64,000 nt of DNA from Setoptus koraiensis (lineage: Eukaryota; Animalia; Arthropoda). Under the pieces are notes generated by a model. That model saw only the letters and a list, made by a program, of their open reading frames with translations. It ran no database searches and had not been told where the DNA came from. Location of the stretch: assembly GCA_048013815.1 (NCBI GenBank), contig CM106586.1:15996001-16060000 (forward strand), in the 5' to 3' direction. Positions within the stretch are counted from its first letter, which is position 1, and each line of letters starts with the position of its first letter. The position numbers and the translations under genes were made by a program. Below, piece by piece: positions 49,161 through 63,897 of this stretch.

Positions 49161-50916
49161 AGTGAGTGCAACTTACTCACGAGCATATTTGCGGCCAGAT
49201 TGGATCTGCGGCCGCGCGACCGTCTCGGATCGGAGTGTTTTGCTCGCGAGTCGCAACAAGCAAACAGAGCGTGATCATTTCATTGTCGCTCGCTTGATCC
49301 CCTCGCCGGGCACAGTTTGCCAGGGGCCCCTCCGTTAATCTGTTGCCCTGTTGCGGGCGCAGAAATTAGATTGCATCTGCTCAGCGAAAGCTGCTTGGGC
49401 CCGGTGGCGGGCGCAATGCCGGCCGCCGGCCACTGGCGCTGGTCCGGCGGCCGGCATTGGGACGGGCAGCGGGCCGATATTGTCAAGTTTGCGCGCCGGG
49501 CCGCTTTGCGATGACCGATCAATCATGCTGACAGGATGATGGCCGCTCCTCAATTGAATAATGACGAGCCCGCTGATCATGTGCGCGTGTCAGCGCCACC
49601 ACAACGCGGGCGCCAACGGCAGCAGCAACAACGACGGCAGCAACAACGACAACCACGACGACAACGGCTGCCACTAACTAACTCGCGAGCAGTGCGCAGC
49701 AGTCGAGCATTGTCTCGTGGCCGCCACCGCGGCCGATCCGCCAAGAGCGCGGGTAGCGGCGCCGCCGAGACCGCGGTGCGTCCATGGCGCGGGCCTCTGG
49801 CGGCGGACTGAACGGGCGAGCAGCGGCGCTGGCGGCGGACGGAACGGGCAGTTGCTAACGAGCCAGCGAGTGCACCTCTAAACGGTCCGCTCCGGTCGGC
49901 GGGCGCCAGTCGCGAGCGGCCAGCGGCCAGTCGCCAGACAGCGAGCCCCCGGATCAGCGGCCGTCCGGGGCCCGGCTGGCAGATGTGTGCAACCAGATAT
50001 GGGCCCGCGGCCGGCGCTGCTGCTTATATACTTGATTGATCACCTCTCCTTTTTTATCAACTTGCTCGCGATTCGGGCCGCTCGCTGGCTTGCTGGTCTC
50101 TGGCAAGCGGGCCTCAAGTGTCGCCTCGGCCGTGTCTTGTGCCTCGTCTTGGCGGCATTGTGCCAGTGGCCGTCTATCTGGCAATCGTATCTGTCGCATC
50201 TGTCGCGTCTGTCGTATCTGTCGTATCTGTCGTATCGCTCGCCGAAACCGTTTGCCCATGCCAGCACACAAACCGCCAGCGCAATAAACTGGCCGGCCGG
50301 CCGGCCGGATAAACTGCAAACGGCCTAATCTAGTCACTGGGCGCCCGAATCTGTTTTTTAATCTGTTCTGAGAGCCATTTGATTGGCATCGGGCATCGAT
50401 TAACACGCGCAACGTATCGCCGGCGAGCGGCCAGCGGCTAATGGTCTCGCCATGGTTCGCTCGCGGCCCCATGAATGCCGGCCCGATGCTAATGAGCTGC
50501 CGGCCTGCTCAATCTCTATTAATTTCGCACTAAGTTTCACTCAAGTCTTGCCTCGCCTATTAATCACAGCCCCGTTGTTGAATCGCTCTTGTCATCCCGT
50601 CTTGAATTTGTTCTCGCTCTAAATCCCGGACCCGGAACACACCGACCCGACAACGACACCGCCCAACCGGACATTGACCACCACGGTGACGTGTGCTCGC
50701 CGTGGCAACCATCGACCCTGTCGGACGCCAACGGAACGCGCTCGGACGCCACCAAAACGCGCACGAACGCGCTCAAATGCGGACATTCGCGGAAAAACTC
50801 GCGCCGACCCGCACCGACCCGCGCCGACCCGCGCTATCCCGGGCCATCCCAACGACGACGCAAACCCAACGACGACGCAAACCCACAAATGACGCAACAA
50901 ACAACTTAATGCACAG

Positions 50917-51092
50917 GTTACGGACATTCCACTCCGGCCACCCTGGGCGGCAGGTCGTTTTGCATGATATACGCGCTCATCGGCATACCCCTGGGTCTGA
51001 TAATGTTCCAATCGATAGGTGAGCGGCTGAACACGTTTGTCGCCTGGGTGCTCAAGCACGCCAAGCGCTGCTTCAAGGCGAAGAACCCCGAG
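50917..51092 (+). CDS. KCNK9: TASK channel coding exon 2 (GYG filter, M2)
   Basis: Not called in the ORF track. Reads (G)[58 protein letters not shown]; 176 nt, bounded by CAG| and |GTAAGT. Confidence 0.96.
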
Positions 51093-55457
<4,365 letters not shown>

Positions 55458-55501
55458 AAATAATAATAATTATTATGTAATGTTACCTTTACCTTGTTCC
55501 A

Positions 55502-55507
55502 ATTAAA
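55502..55507 (+). promoter_or_regulatory. Candidate polyadenylation signal (ATTAAA) of the TASK gene
   Basis: ATTAAA 45 nt after the stop, followed by T-rich sequence; no AATAAA seen nearby. Confidence 0.35.
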
Positions 55508-56011
55508 CTGCAATTTTCTGCTTTCTCGGTTATCTAATTAGCAGCCCACGCGATTCATTGGTAATTAGTTTCAAGTGGGTGCACCGAAAAGTTTCGCAAC
55601 AATTAGTGTCCATGTGTCGACACTAATTGTTGATTTGACTATTGTTGTCGTCTTTTCCCATCTTGTCTTATTCGCTTTATTTATATTTTCTGTTTTCGTT
55701 TTTCGTCGGCCACATAACCCGGATATAATCATTGGCATCACATGTAATATGATTTCTTTCGTGATACACGAGATATCCACCGCAACCCGACTATCCACAA
55801 CCAACTATTTATCGCTTGGCGGTAGCGCCGCGACGGGGGCGTTGAAGACACACCCCTGCGGCTGCTCTGACGGCTTGTGAGCGGGACGTACGGGTGCATG
55901 AAAAGCATGTGTTTCAGTTGTTGTCCTGATGAAAAATTGTCTTGAAAAATCTCAAGTTTACTCAAGTCGTCTACGTTGATCAGGATAATAGATCAACAAC
56001 AGATCGCTGCA

Positions 56012-56800
56012 ATGGGCCTAAGAGATAGAGATCATTGGGAGGACCATTATACGCAGGAGTTGAGGAACTTCAGCGAGGACGGAGACGAGGGCGAGATTTG
56101 GTTTGGTAGGAATCTTAACAAAAACATAGCCAATTGGTTGTATGAGCGCATAAAATCAAATTTGTCAGACACAACAACACAATCACCAAAACAGATTCGA
56201 GTCGTTGATATTGGTTGTGGCAATTGTCAGCTCTTGATCACTCTAAACAATATCATCACTAAAGCGCCATATTCTACATCAAAACAACAATTGCAACTCA
56301 ATTTGCTAGGCATAGATTTCGCGCCGTCAGCGGTTGAATTGTCAAGGCAAATTCTGCTGGCCTCTCCAAATGAACAAGACCGTAATGTAAGAGTACAACA
56401 GTGTGATTTCTTAGAATTTAATCAGATAAAGGAGGTTGCAACACCAAAAGGGGAGACATATGATTATGTCTTGGACAAGGGCACCTTCGACGCAATATGT
56501 CTGATAGCTGAAGGCCAAAACTCTGGTGAGCTCCCGATTGCGATAGAGAGATATAAAAGGTCACTGGGCTTGTTGCTTCATCTCAGCAGTATCTTCATTC
56601 TGGCCTCATGCAACAATACCGAGGAAGAGTTGGTCAAACTTTTCTGTGGGCCAATGCCACGTGATGCGAATAGTATGACAGGTCACTCATTAAAAACTAT
56701 AGGCAAAATTCAAACACCGACCTTCAGTTTTGGAGGAAAAACTGGATCTCAGGTGGCATGTTTAATATTTGAGATGGTGCTGGAAGACAGCAACACATGA
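56012..56800 (+). CDS. EEF1AKMT2: EEF1A lysine methyltransferase 2 (METTL10/Efm4 family)
   Basis: HWEDHYTQELRNFSEDGDEGEIWFG, SAM motif VVDIGCGNC, LGIDFAPSAV, VLDKGTFDAI, FILASCNNTEEEL, PTFSFGGKTG. First in-frame ATG is 56012 (the track starts at a TTG at 55976); a short upstream exon cannot be excluded. Confidence 0.93.
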   Translation: MGLRDRDHWEDHYTQELRNFSEDGDEGEIWFGRNLNKNIANWLYERIKSNLSDTTTQSPKQIRVVDIGCGNCQLLITLNNIITKAPYSTSKQQLQLNLLGIDFAPSAVELSRQILLASPNEQDRNVRVQQCDFLEFNQIKEVATPKGETYDYVLDKGTFDAICLIAEGQNSGELPIAIERYKRSLGLLLHLSSIFILASCNNTEEELVKLFCGPMPRDANSMTGHSLKTIGKIQTPTFSFGGKTGSQVACLIFEMVLEDSNT

Positions 56801-56975
56801 TTTGATAAGTTTATGGTTAGCTCATTCGAGCAGCCACTCTATTCCATCCTTTGATCAAGATCCGTCCGAATCGATCAATTCAATCAGACGATCATTATGA
56901 CAGAACTCTCATAGTTCTACTGTCGGGCTTTGGGTGTAGAAAGTCCTTTCCAAATGAAATTTTCCATGGATACAC

Positions 56976-57001
56976 TCAGACTGTATTTGATCTGCAAAAT
57001 T
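56976..57001 (-). CDS. NELFCD: NELF-C/D (TH1-like) terminal coding exon 3
   Basis: Minus-strand donor ATTG|GTAAGT at 57101 and acceptor TTCCGACTTTACAG ending at 57002 (100-nt intron) give ...TTFI-EFCRSNTV*, resembling the FIAHCKSN end of NELF-D. Confidence 0.8.
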
Positions 57002-57101
57002 CTGTAAAGTCGGAAGAAGACCTGGAGTTAGAACAATCTGTCTCTCACATAAGGTGTTTATACGCGTGCAATTCGTCACGTGTAAACCTATAGCAACTTA
57101 C

Positions 57102-58791
57102 CAATAAAAGTAGTAACAAGTTGATGCTGCTCTTTGTTTTCATTCTTGAGGTTGCCTGTTATCTCATTGGCCTCTATTAAAGGTAGTAGCATATGAATAA
57201 ATTCTTGAGTGTACGGAGGCTCGATAATTTCCAACACTTCCGTTACGAAATATCGTATGAGCGAGACATCAGTATCTTGTTTTTGCCAACATTTTCTAAT
57301 ATAATTTAACACGGGCACTACATAATGTAAACTAACTAGATGAACCATTCTATCTAGTATGACCCTCTTGACTTGAAGCTGCTGCAAAACTTCCATATCC
57401 TCTGGTTCTGCCTCCATGAGTTCAATCAGTAGTTCTAAAACTTTCTCATGCAATGTATTGTGATTAGTACTTATCTCATCTAGAAAGGCCAGATGGATAG
57501 GTGTGTGATCTGTTGATAATTGAAAGTAGCTAGGTTCAGATACAGTGTGTCTGACCCAGTGCAGGATACCCATAGCTACAACTGGCATTTTAATTGATTG
57601 GTACAATTGTTGTACCTCACATAATAACTCATTAGATCCCTTCTTTTCCTGACAAATAGTAGCTACTTTATCCAAAGTTTGCTCTGTCTGTTCTAACTGT
57701 TCCTTGTTGGCGCTTCGTCTATTACCTTTCTTTGTGTGTTCCACAACACTTGCAGCATAAGCCAGAAGGTATATGTATTTGGGTCGATGTTCTGGATTTA
57801 TCTTAAATCCTGGTTTAAAAAGTGAATTCAGAATTAGATCAAGAAATAATGGAATTCGTATTAAGGCAACAGGAGGTGGATCCGACGATTGATATTCTTT
57901 GTACAATGTTGTTATATCTGCTGGGTTGAGATAATTTCTTGACAACATGGCTGACAAAGCCATGTGTACTCTCGGGTATGTTGTTGTTCCCATTAGGGAC
58001 ATTGAGATCGGAGTTGCATCGTGTCTATTCTGTTGAGCGTACTTGGCTACCTCTTGGGCTATTCTTTTAATATTTGCAGAGCCTTTACTTTCTTTACCTA
58101 AAACATGGAGTATGGCCTGACTGTATAAATATGTATGCTCGCCATGACAAACCATTTTACAAAACTCCAATAGATGTTTCTCTGCGTCGGATTCATTACC
58201 CTCCAGGATACTCATAATAGATGTCTTGAGTATGCGAGCAAACACTTCTAGTTGTTGTGACGCGGTAGATATGCTTGTTATCTCGGCTTGGAAACCGGCA
58301 TCTGATATCAATTTTATGGTGAAAATCAACATAAGACAGTCGGGATACATTTCCGCCAGTTTATAGATCAATGACCGCCAGGGTGGATGCGTTATCATCT
58401 CTGTCAGCCAAATAGGTGCCACTTCGTCGTCGGCGAATATTGAATCAGCTTTCTTAGGGTCGAAATGTTTGATTATCATCTGCTTTAGATGGTCCTCAAC
58501 AAGGGCCTGCACATCCTTCACTTCCATTCCCGTCATTATGAGCCACTCAGCGAGAAGATTTACCATCTGAGCTGTTGCAGTATAATTTTCTGCCAGTAAT
58601 TCAATCGCCGAGTCTGGTGTTCCTCCTGCTTTGAAGAATCGCTTTAGTTGGCCAATGATGCCTGGCTCCATAATATAATCATTTCTAGATAATATTTCCT
58701 TGCAATCTTGTTGGACGGCTTCGGGAGACAGGTCCTCATCTTCTTCGTCCTCATGATCTTCATTTCCAGATTCATTTGAATGTTCTGGAGA
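57102..58791 (-). CDS. NELFCD: NELF-C/D (TH1-like) coding exon 2
   Basis: DYIMEPGIIGQLKRFFKAGG...LLAENYTATAQMVNLLAEWLI...IIKHFDPKKADSIF...HPPWRSLIYKLAE...IRYFVTEVLEII. The frame is open 40 codons upstream of the track's ATG, back to acceptor CTCTAAACAG at 58792. Confidence 0.95.
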
Positions 58792-58930
58792 CTGTTTAGA
58801 GTTACGAAATAAGATTTCGTTTAAGTATAAATAAGAGAGAAGAATTAGAGAGAATAATAATAGAAAAAAAAATCTCTAGCAAAGACAGTCGTTTATTAGC
58901 CGAACGCTAGCTGGTAGATCGTCAACTCAC

Positions 58931-58963
58931 ATCAGCGTAATCTGTGTCCTCGTCCGTATCCAT
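58931..58963 (-). CDS. NELFCD: NELF-C/D coding exon 1 (MDTDEDTDYAD)
   Basis: ATG at 58963 then 11 codons and a phase-0 GTGAGT donor at 58930; 139-nt intron with a pyrimidine tract. Total CDS 1749 nt = 582 aa, the expected size for NELF-C/D. Confidence 0.85.
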
Positions 58964-60501
58964 TTGTATCTTGGTAAATATATGATATAAACACGTCTTT
59001 ATGAGAACAGACGAGTATTATTGTGTAAATAATTTATTTCAGCACCAACTTGGAGGTTTTGTTTTAGAAAGATGCTCCAAGAAAGCTGTGAGATGCTGTG
59101 AGAGAAAATGCATTATCGAGAATCAGCTGATTCGATATCGCGCTGGATCCGTCGATGCTTGTTGCGATGATGGGGTTTCCACGACCAAATCCGACAACAG
59201 AGTTCTAAAGAAAACATTCCTGACCACTCATTCTTGTAGCTTTTCTAGCTATTTACGCCTGACATGCGATTATCTATTAGAAATTTCATCCGACAGTTCT
59301 CCTGACGGCCCAACATTATCAACTGAACTGAGCAACAAATGATTGATGGTAAATTTCGCTCTCTAGTGGGGTCGGATTTTGGGCCTCGTTCTATTAGCGA
59401 TAGTTGACTTATTGAGTCTCAAACTCCAACAGGCAGTGCTACAGTTAGAGACGTTTTGATTTAAATGTAGTTGTAGGTCGAGTGTTAGTGGCGAACAATG
59501 TGATTGAAGTTGGCCTAGCAATGAGGAAGGTTACATAATAATAATAATGCTCTCATCACTCATTTGCCCATGACTACTTATACTACCGCTTCGTCTCCTT
59601 TATTTATCTCTCCCTACCTCTCGCTCACTCTCACTCTCTATCAATCTGTCTTCCTCAATTTGGCCTGTTACTTCTTTATTTTATATAGTGCTTGTACGCA
59701 AATATGGAACTGATATACACATAAGTAGACAACAACTTACAGTTATACCATGTGTCTTCATTCAGCAGTAATCTAGCTAGATAATACAGAAGAATTGCTC
59801 TCGCACTGTGTCGTCTCATTATGTTGTAGATGGATTATAATTGTTTGTTTTGTGCACAAACCCTACCTCTTTCTTATCTTAGCTCTAACCTCGCTCGTTT
59901 GTATACTTTGGATATGATATTCGCGAGCATCACATAGGGGCGCTACACAATAGTACCCACAATTGAACAATAATTACTAGCTTTGCGAAACACATTCATT
60001 CAACAATTGAATGTTCTCCTGGCGGACAATTAAATAGAATTAGAAATCAATAATAACTATAGTAACTCGTTGGATAAGAAACATTTAGCAATTCTATCGC
60101 CTATCTCGGACATTAGTTACTGCGGTGCAGTAGGCCCATTGTTAGATATTTGATTATTTTTACTATTTCAACTATATTGAGATGAGGCGGAGAGATAGAG
60201 AACCGAGTTCAGGATGATAACATAGATTATCTAGTGCATTCTCACACAATCAACAATTTAATTTTTGAAAATTACAAGGAGAAATCAAATCAGTAGGTCA
60301 GTATCTCAGCTTAAAGTGAGCTTGTTCATTGAGGATTTAAAATTTCCATACTTATTCTCTGGCATTTCTGATAACAAATTTTCGTCTCATTGCACGCAAA
60401 ATTGTCTTCTTCAGGTTGACAATCTACAGTATCATATTCTTGAGAGAGCCTCGTACACTCAAACCCGCACCAATCAGCGCTCTATTATTGCGACATTAAT
60501 C

Positions 60502-63500
60502 ATGATGCCCAGCGAGGCTCCCAATGGTGATTTAAACACCTATCACCCAGGCGAACATCGTGGGTCATCCTTCATTCATAATAATTCAACAATACGTCGC
60601 CAATCAATGATACATGTGATACCTTCATCTGATGAACACCAGAACATAAATCATTATCATCATCATCGTTCCTATCAGATGGGTGGAGAGTTCTCAGATG
60701 GAGTATTTGACACTCAAACAGGTAACATCGCCCCATCAGTTGCTAATTCAAAACAGCAACAGCCTACTAGATCATCTATTAGTGGTAGATCGTTTGATAG
60801 CATCGCATCCGGTTCAAGTAGCCGACCCAATCAGAGCCAAATGAGACGGGATCCGTTGTCCACTAGTAATGCCAGCAATAAATCAGCATCTTCGTTTCAC
60901 AGTAAATCCAAATCAAAGAAGGCCAACTCTAGAAATCAAGCAGGAAATGTTAATCACAAAAATAGCAAATATAGATCTACGTCATCGAAACACAAAGACA
61001 AATTTAAATCGTCGAGCAAAAGTAGTAGTTTTATTGGAGACAGAATGAGAAAAGTACGAATATCATTATTGAACTCTGGTTTGGTATCATTGAAAATTTT
61101 CGATAAAGACATTCAAACGTTTTTACCTAAAGAAAGGATGTCATCTATAGAGTTTGAGAGGCACGTCAAACTCATGAGAAAGTATGAGATAATAGCTACT
61201 AGCGAATATAGATACGCTTCCAAATACGAAACCTACGCTTGCCGGCACGCCACTAAAGAATCAAATCAAATTAAGAACAATTACAAAAAATGCATCCCAT
61301 ACGACTACAATAGAGTAGTCCTGAAGACTCTGCCAAATGTTCCTGATTCTGATTATGTAAATGCATCGCACATTGATAGTTATCTAAAACCAAACGCCTA
61401 TATCGCTGCTCAAGGACCAAACGAGTTCACAATAGATGATTTTTGGCGAATGATTTGGGAACAAAAGACATTCGTTGTGGTTATGTTGACTAAAGTTTTT
61501 GATTTTATTAGAGTTATGTGCAATCAATATTGGCCCGTTGAATTGAACAAACCAGAAAAATATGGCCAACTAGAGGTGACTTTATTATATGAGGAACCAC
61601 TGGCCGATTTTGTTATACGAACAATCCGTTTGTGCAAAGTGCAAACTGTTCAAAGTAATAGCAATACAAATATTACCAATGATAAATATAATAGAAGACA
61701 ATCAACAGATGCTGCTCGCCAAGTGTCTCCAGAGCAAGATGAGCCCAACCAAGGGGACGGAAGCGATGATGACTACGAGGATGACGATGAAAATAACGAT
61801 GAAGACAACGAGCGTATCGACGACGCCAACGATGGTAATGGTAACATGGCCAATGGTGATATAACCGTGAAAGTGCCCCATTACCAGCTCAATCAACAGC
61901 ACCAGAAGGGCGTGCCGCTATTTAGACAGCCAAAATATCTTGAGATTGATGTGAAGAGAACGAGCAAAGGTGGCGATAGGAGAGTGAGTTCATTGGAGCG
62001 ACGCTCATCGACAGCCAACGAAACATCATCTAACAATAATTTTACACAACGTTCGAATAACGTTACACCCGAATTATCTGTTAGCGAGGACTTTGTTTTG
62101 GCCTCTGGCCACAATTTAGCCACAGGTAATGACGACGCCGTTGGCCAAGCTTCTAAACCGTTGAGGGGTCCATTATTGGATCGACTTGTCATACCTGGAC
62201 AGCAGCAGGTGCTACAACATCACTTATTGCATGCAAACAGCATGAATAATCTCATGTACAACACAACAGAATCCATCAGTCAACCCTCTACGCCCGGAAT
62301 ATTTCTCACACCTGTAACACCACTGACGCCGTTATCTCAATTGTCACCGATGACGCCCGACAGCGCCATGACCTATGCTAGCACAGGAAGTGGCCTAGAG
62401 CGGGCATCTGCCACCAGGAAACCGGTGAAAAAGAAGAAACGTGAAAGGAAGCGTAACATTAGGCCAGTTAGAACACAATTTCAAGCGCCCGATGAAGCTG
62501 CCCTAAATGATGACGATGATTTTGATGATGGCACCGCTGCCAATGACGGCGGCGTTCATAGATCATCAGCAACAGGGGCCGACAACGGCGATAAACAACA
62601 ACGTCAGATATCCGGCGTAAATGAACGTATTATATATCAGTTTCACTATCACAGTTGGGCAAGTCACACCTGTCCATCTATAGATTCTTTGTTGCATTTT
62701 AGACGCAGAGTACGTATTTGTATGGAGGAAATGTCTAAATCCGGCAAGACAGGACCAACAATAGTGCATTGTAATGACGGTTGCGGTAGAACAGGAACCT
62801 ATTTGTGTATAGACGCAAATTTGGAATTGGCCGAGGAGGATGGCGTATATGATGTATTTAATTATACAATGAAAATGAGACAGTCTAGGAAATTCTTAAT
62901 TGACAATATTAAACAATATAAATTTGTTTATGACACCATAGAGGAATCAATGCTTTGCGGTAAGACATGGTTTCCGGTAAGCGAATTGTCGCAGAGGTTG
63001 AAACATAAATCATTGCGCAATCCAATAACAAAAAAGAACGAATATCAGCGGGAATACGAGAAGATAACAAGCAGAATGACCAGCAAATTTAGCATTGGCG
63101 ATTGCGCTGGCGGTCATCGGGTCGACAACAGAGAGAAAAATCGTGACGTTTCCACTGTGCCGCCGGACAATTTCAGGCCATATCTTACATCATTCCAATC
63201 TAATGACAACACAGATTATATAAATGCCGTCTTTGTTGATGGTTATACACGTAGCAAGGAATATATTGTAACAGAGTGGCCAATGCAGAGAACAATATCC
63301 GACTTTTGGTCGCTAATATATGACCACGATTGTAATAGTGTCATTCTATTGGCTAATCCAATTGATTCGTCAACTTATCCATCATTCTTATTGGGCGAAA
63401 AGGAGCGCCAGAGAAAATTTGGGTCCGTATTTACGGCGGACAAGGTTCAATCAAACGAATATCAGAACATAAGATCATGGATCTACACTATCAACAAGAA

Positions 63501-63897
63501 AATAATGGCTCTGTCAGAGGTAATGGCAGGCATGAAACCCGAACCTAAAACTACGCAAATTTTTCAGATCACGTGCTGGCCTCAGGGACATAGAGTTCCA
63601 ACATCAACAAATACCCTGGTGGAATTGATGAATATGGTGGAGAGGTGGCGCCAAAGAACTACCTACGGACCAGTTTGTGTAGTGTCGTTGGACGGCAAAT
63701 CTCGAGCTGGTGTGTATTGTGCCGCAAATGTTGCCATCGAACAGGTTGTACAACATGGAGAGGTAGACGTCTTCCAGGCAGTTAAGACAGTCAGAAGACA
63801 TAGGCCCCAATTGATAGAGAACATGACAGAGTACAAGTACTGCTATGACCTCATTCTTCATTATGTGTTACATTACTTAAATCAAAATACTACTTGA
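60502..63897 (+). CDS. Ptp36E: Cytosolic tandem-domain protein tyrosine phosphatase, Ptp36E-like
   Basis: D1: CIPYDYNRVVL, DYVNASHIDSYLKPNAYIAAQGP, MLTKVFDFIRVMC, VHCNDGCGRTG. D2: SIGDCAGGHRVDNREKNRDV, PPDNFRPYLTSFQ, EYKYCYDLILHYVLHYL. No signal peptide or TM segment. First ATG is 60502; the true start may be upstream (see findings). Confidence 0.88.
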   Translation: MMPSEAPNGDLNTYHPGEHRGSSFIHNNSTIRRQSMIHVIPSSDEHQNINHYHHHRSYQMGGEFSDGVFDTQTGNIAPSVANSKQQQPTRSSISGRSFDSIASGSSSRPNQSQMRRDPLSTSNASNKSASSFHSKSKSKKANSRNQAGNVNHKNSKYRSTSSKHKDKFKSSSKSSSFIGDRMRKVRISLLNSGLVSLKIFDKDIQTFLPKERMSSIEFERHVKLMRKYEIIATSEYRYASKYETYACRHATKESNQIKNNYKKCIPYDYNRVVLKTLPNVPDSDYVNASHIDSYLKPNAYIAAQGPNEFTIDDFWRMIWEQKTFVVVMLTKVFDFIRVMCNQYWPVELNKPEKYGQLEVTLLYEEPLADFVIRTIRLCKVQTVQSNSNTNITNDKYNRRQSTDAARQVSPEQDEPNQGDGSDDDYEDDDENNDEDNERIDDANDGNGNMANGDITVKVPHYQLNQQHQKGVPLFRQPKYLEIDVKRTSKGGDRRVSSLERRSSTANETSSNNNFTQRSNNVTPELSVSEDFVLASGHNLATGNDDAVGQASKPLRGPLLDRLVIPGQQQVLQHHLLHANSMNNLMYNTTESISQPSTPGIFLTPVTPLTPLSQLSPMTPDSAMTYASTGSGLERASATRKPVKKKKRERKRNIRPVRTQFQAPDEAALNDDDDFDDGTAANDGGVHRSSATGADNGDKQQRQISGVNERIIYQFHYHSWASHTCPSIDSLLHFRRRVRICMEEMSKSGKTGPTIVHCNDGCGRTGTYLCIDANLELAEEDGVYDVFNYTMKMRQSRKFLIDNIKQYKFVYDTIEESMLCGKTWFPVSELSQRLKHKSLRNPITKKNEYQREYEKITSRMTSKFSIGDCAGGHRVDNREKNRDVSTVPPDNFRPYLTSFQSNDNTDYINAVFVDGYTRSKEYIVTEWPMQRTISDFWSLIYDHDCNSVILLANPIDSSTYPSFLLGEKERQRKFGSVFTADKVQSNEYQNIRSWIYTINKKIMALSEVMAGMKPEPKTTQIFQITCWPQGHRVPTSTNTLVELMNMVERWRQRTTYGPVCVVSLDGKSRAGVYCAANVAIEQVVQHGEVDVFQAVKTVRRHRPQLIENMTEYKYCYDLILHYVLHYLNQNTT

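Larger units (their letters stand above)
23275..50916 (+). other. Intron 1 of the TASK channel gene, 27,642 nt (GT-AG, phase 1)
   Basis: Donor GTGAGT at 23275; acceptor GCACAG ending at 50916. Splicing rebuilds TTIG-YGH in frame, and residue numbering then matches human TASK-1/3 as I recall it (H98, G201-F-G-D204, V243-T248). Confidence 0.93.

Noticed and set aside
51015-51024. Cryptic donor ATAG|GTGAGC inside exon 2
   Set aside because: Encodes the conserved SIGER segment; phase-1 use against a phase-0 acceptor would frameshift.
55811-55897. GC-rich island starting ATCGCTT as a U2 snRNA, tRNA or other ncRNA
   Set aside because: Similarity to U2 stops after 7 nt; no Sm site, cloverleaf or A/B boxes. 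More likely the EEF1AKMT2 promoter or 5' UTR. An Rfam scan would settle it.
57088-57101. Track's NELF-C/D ending GKLL*
   Set aside because: Read-through into an intron (GTAAGT donor); the spliced EFCRSNTV* end fits the family better.
59001-59342. 113-aa ORF between NELF-C/D and the PTP gene
   Set aside because: No recognisable homology; lies in the divergent promoter/UTR zone. At most a uORF.
59356-59946. CTCF-like motifs (CCACTAGAGAGCG on minus at ~59356-59368; ATAGGGGCGCTA at ~59934)
   Set aside because: Partial matches only; cannot be distinguished from chance without a PWM scan or ChIP.
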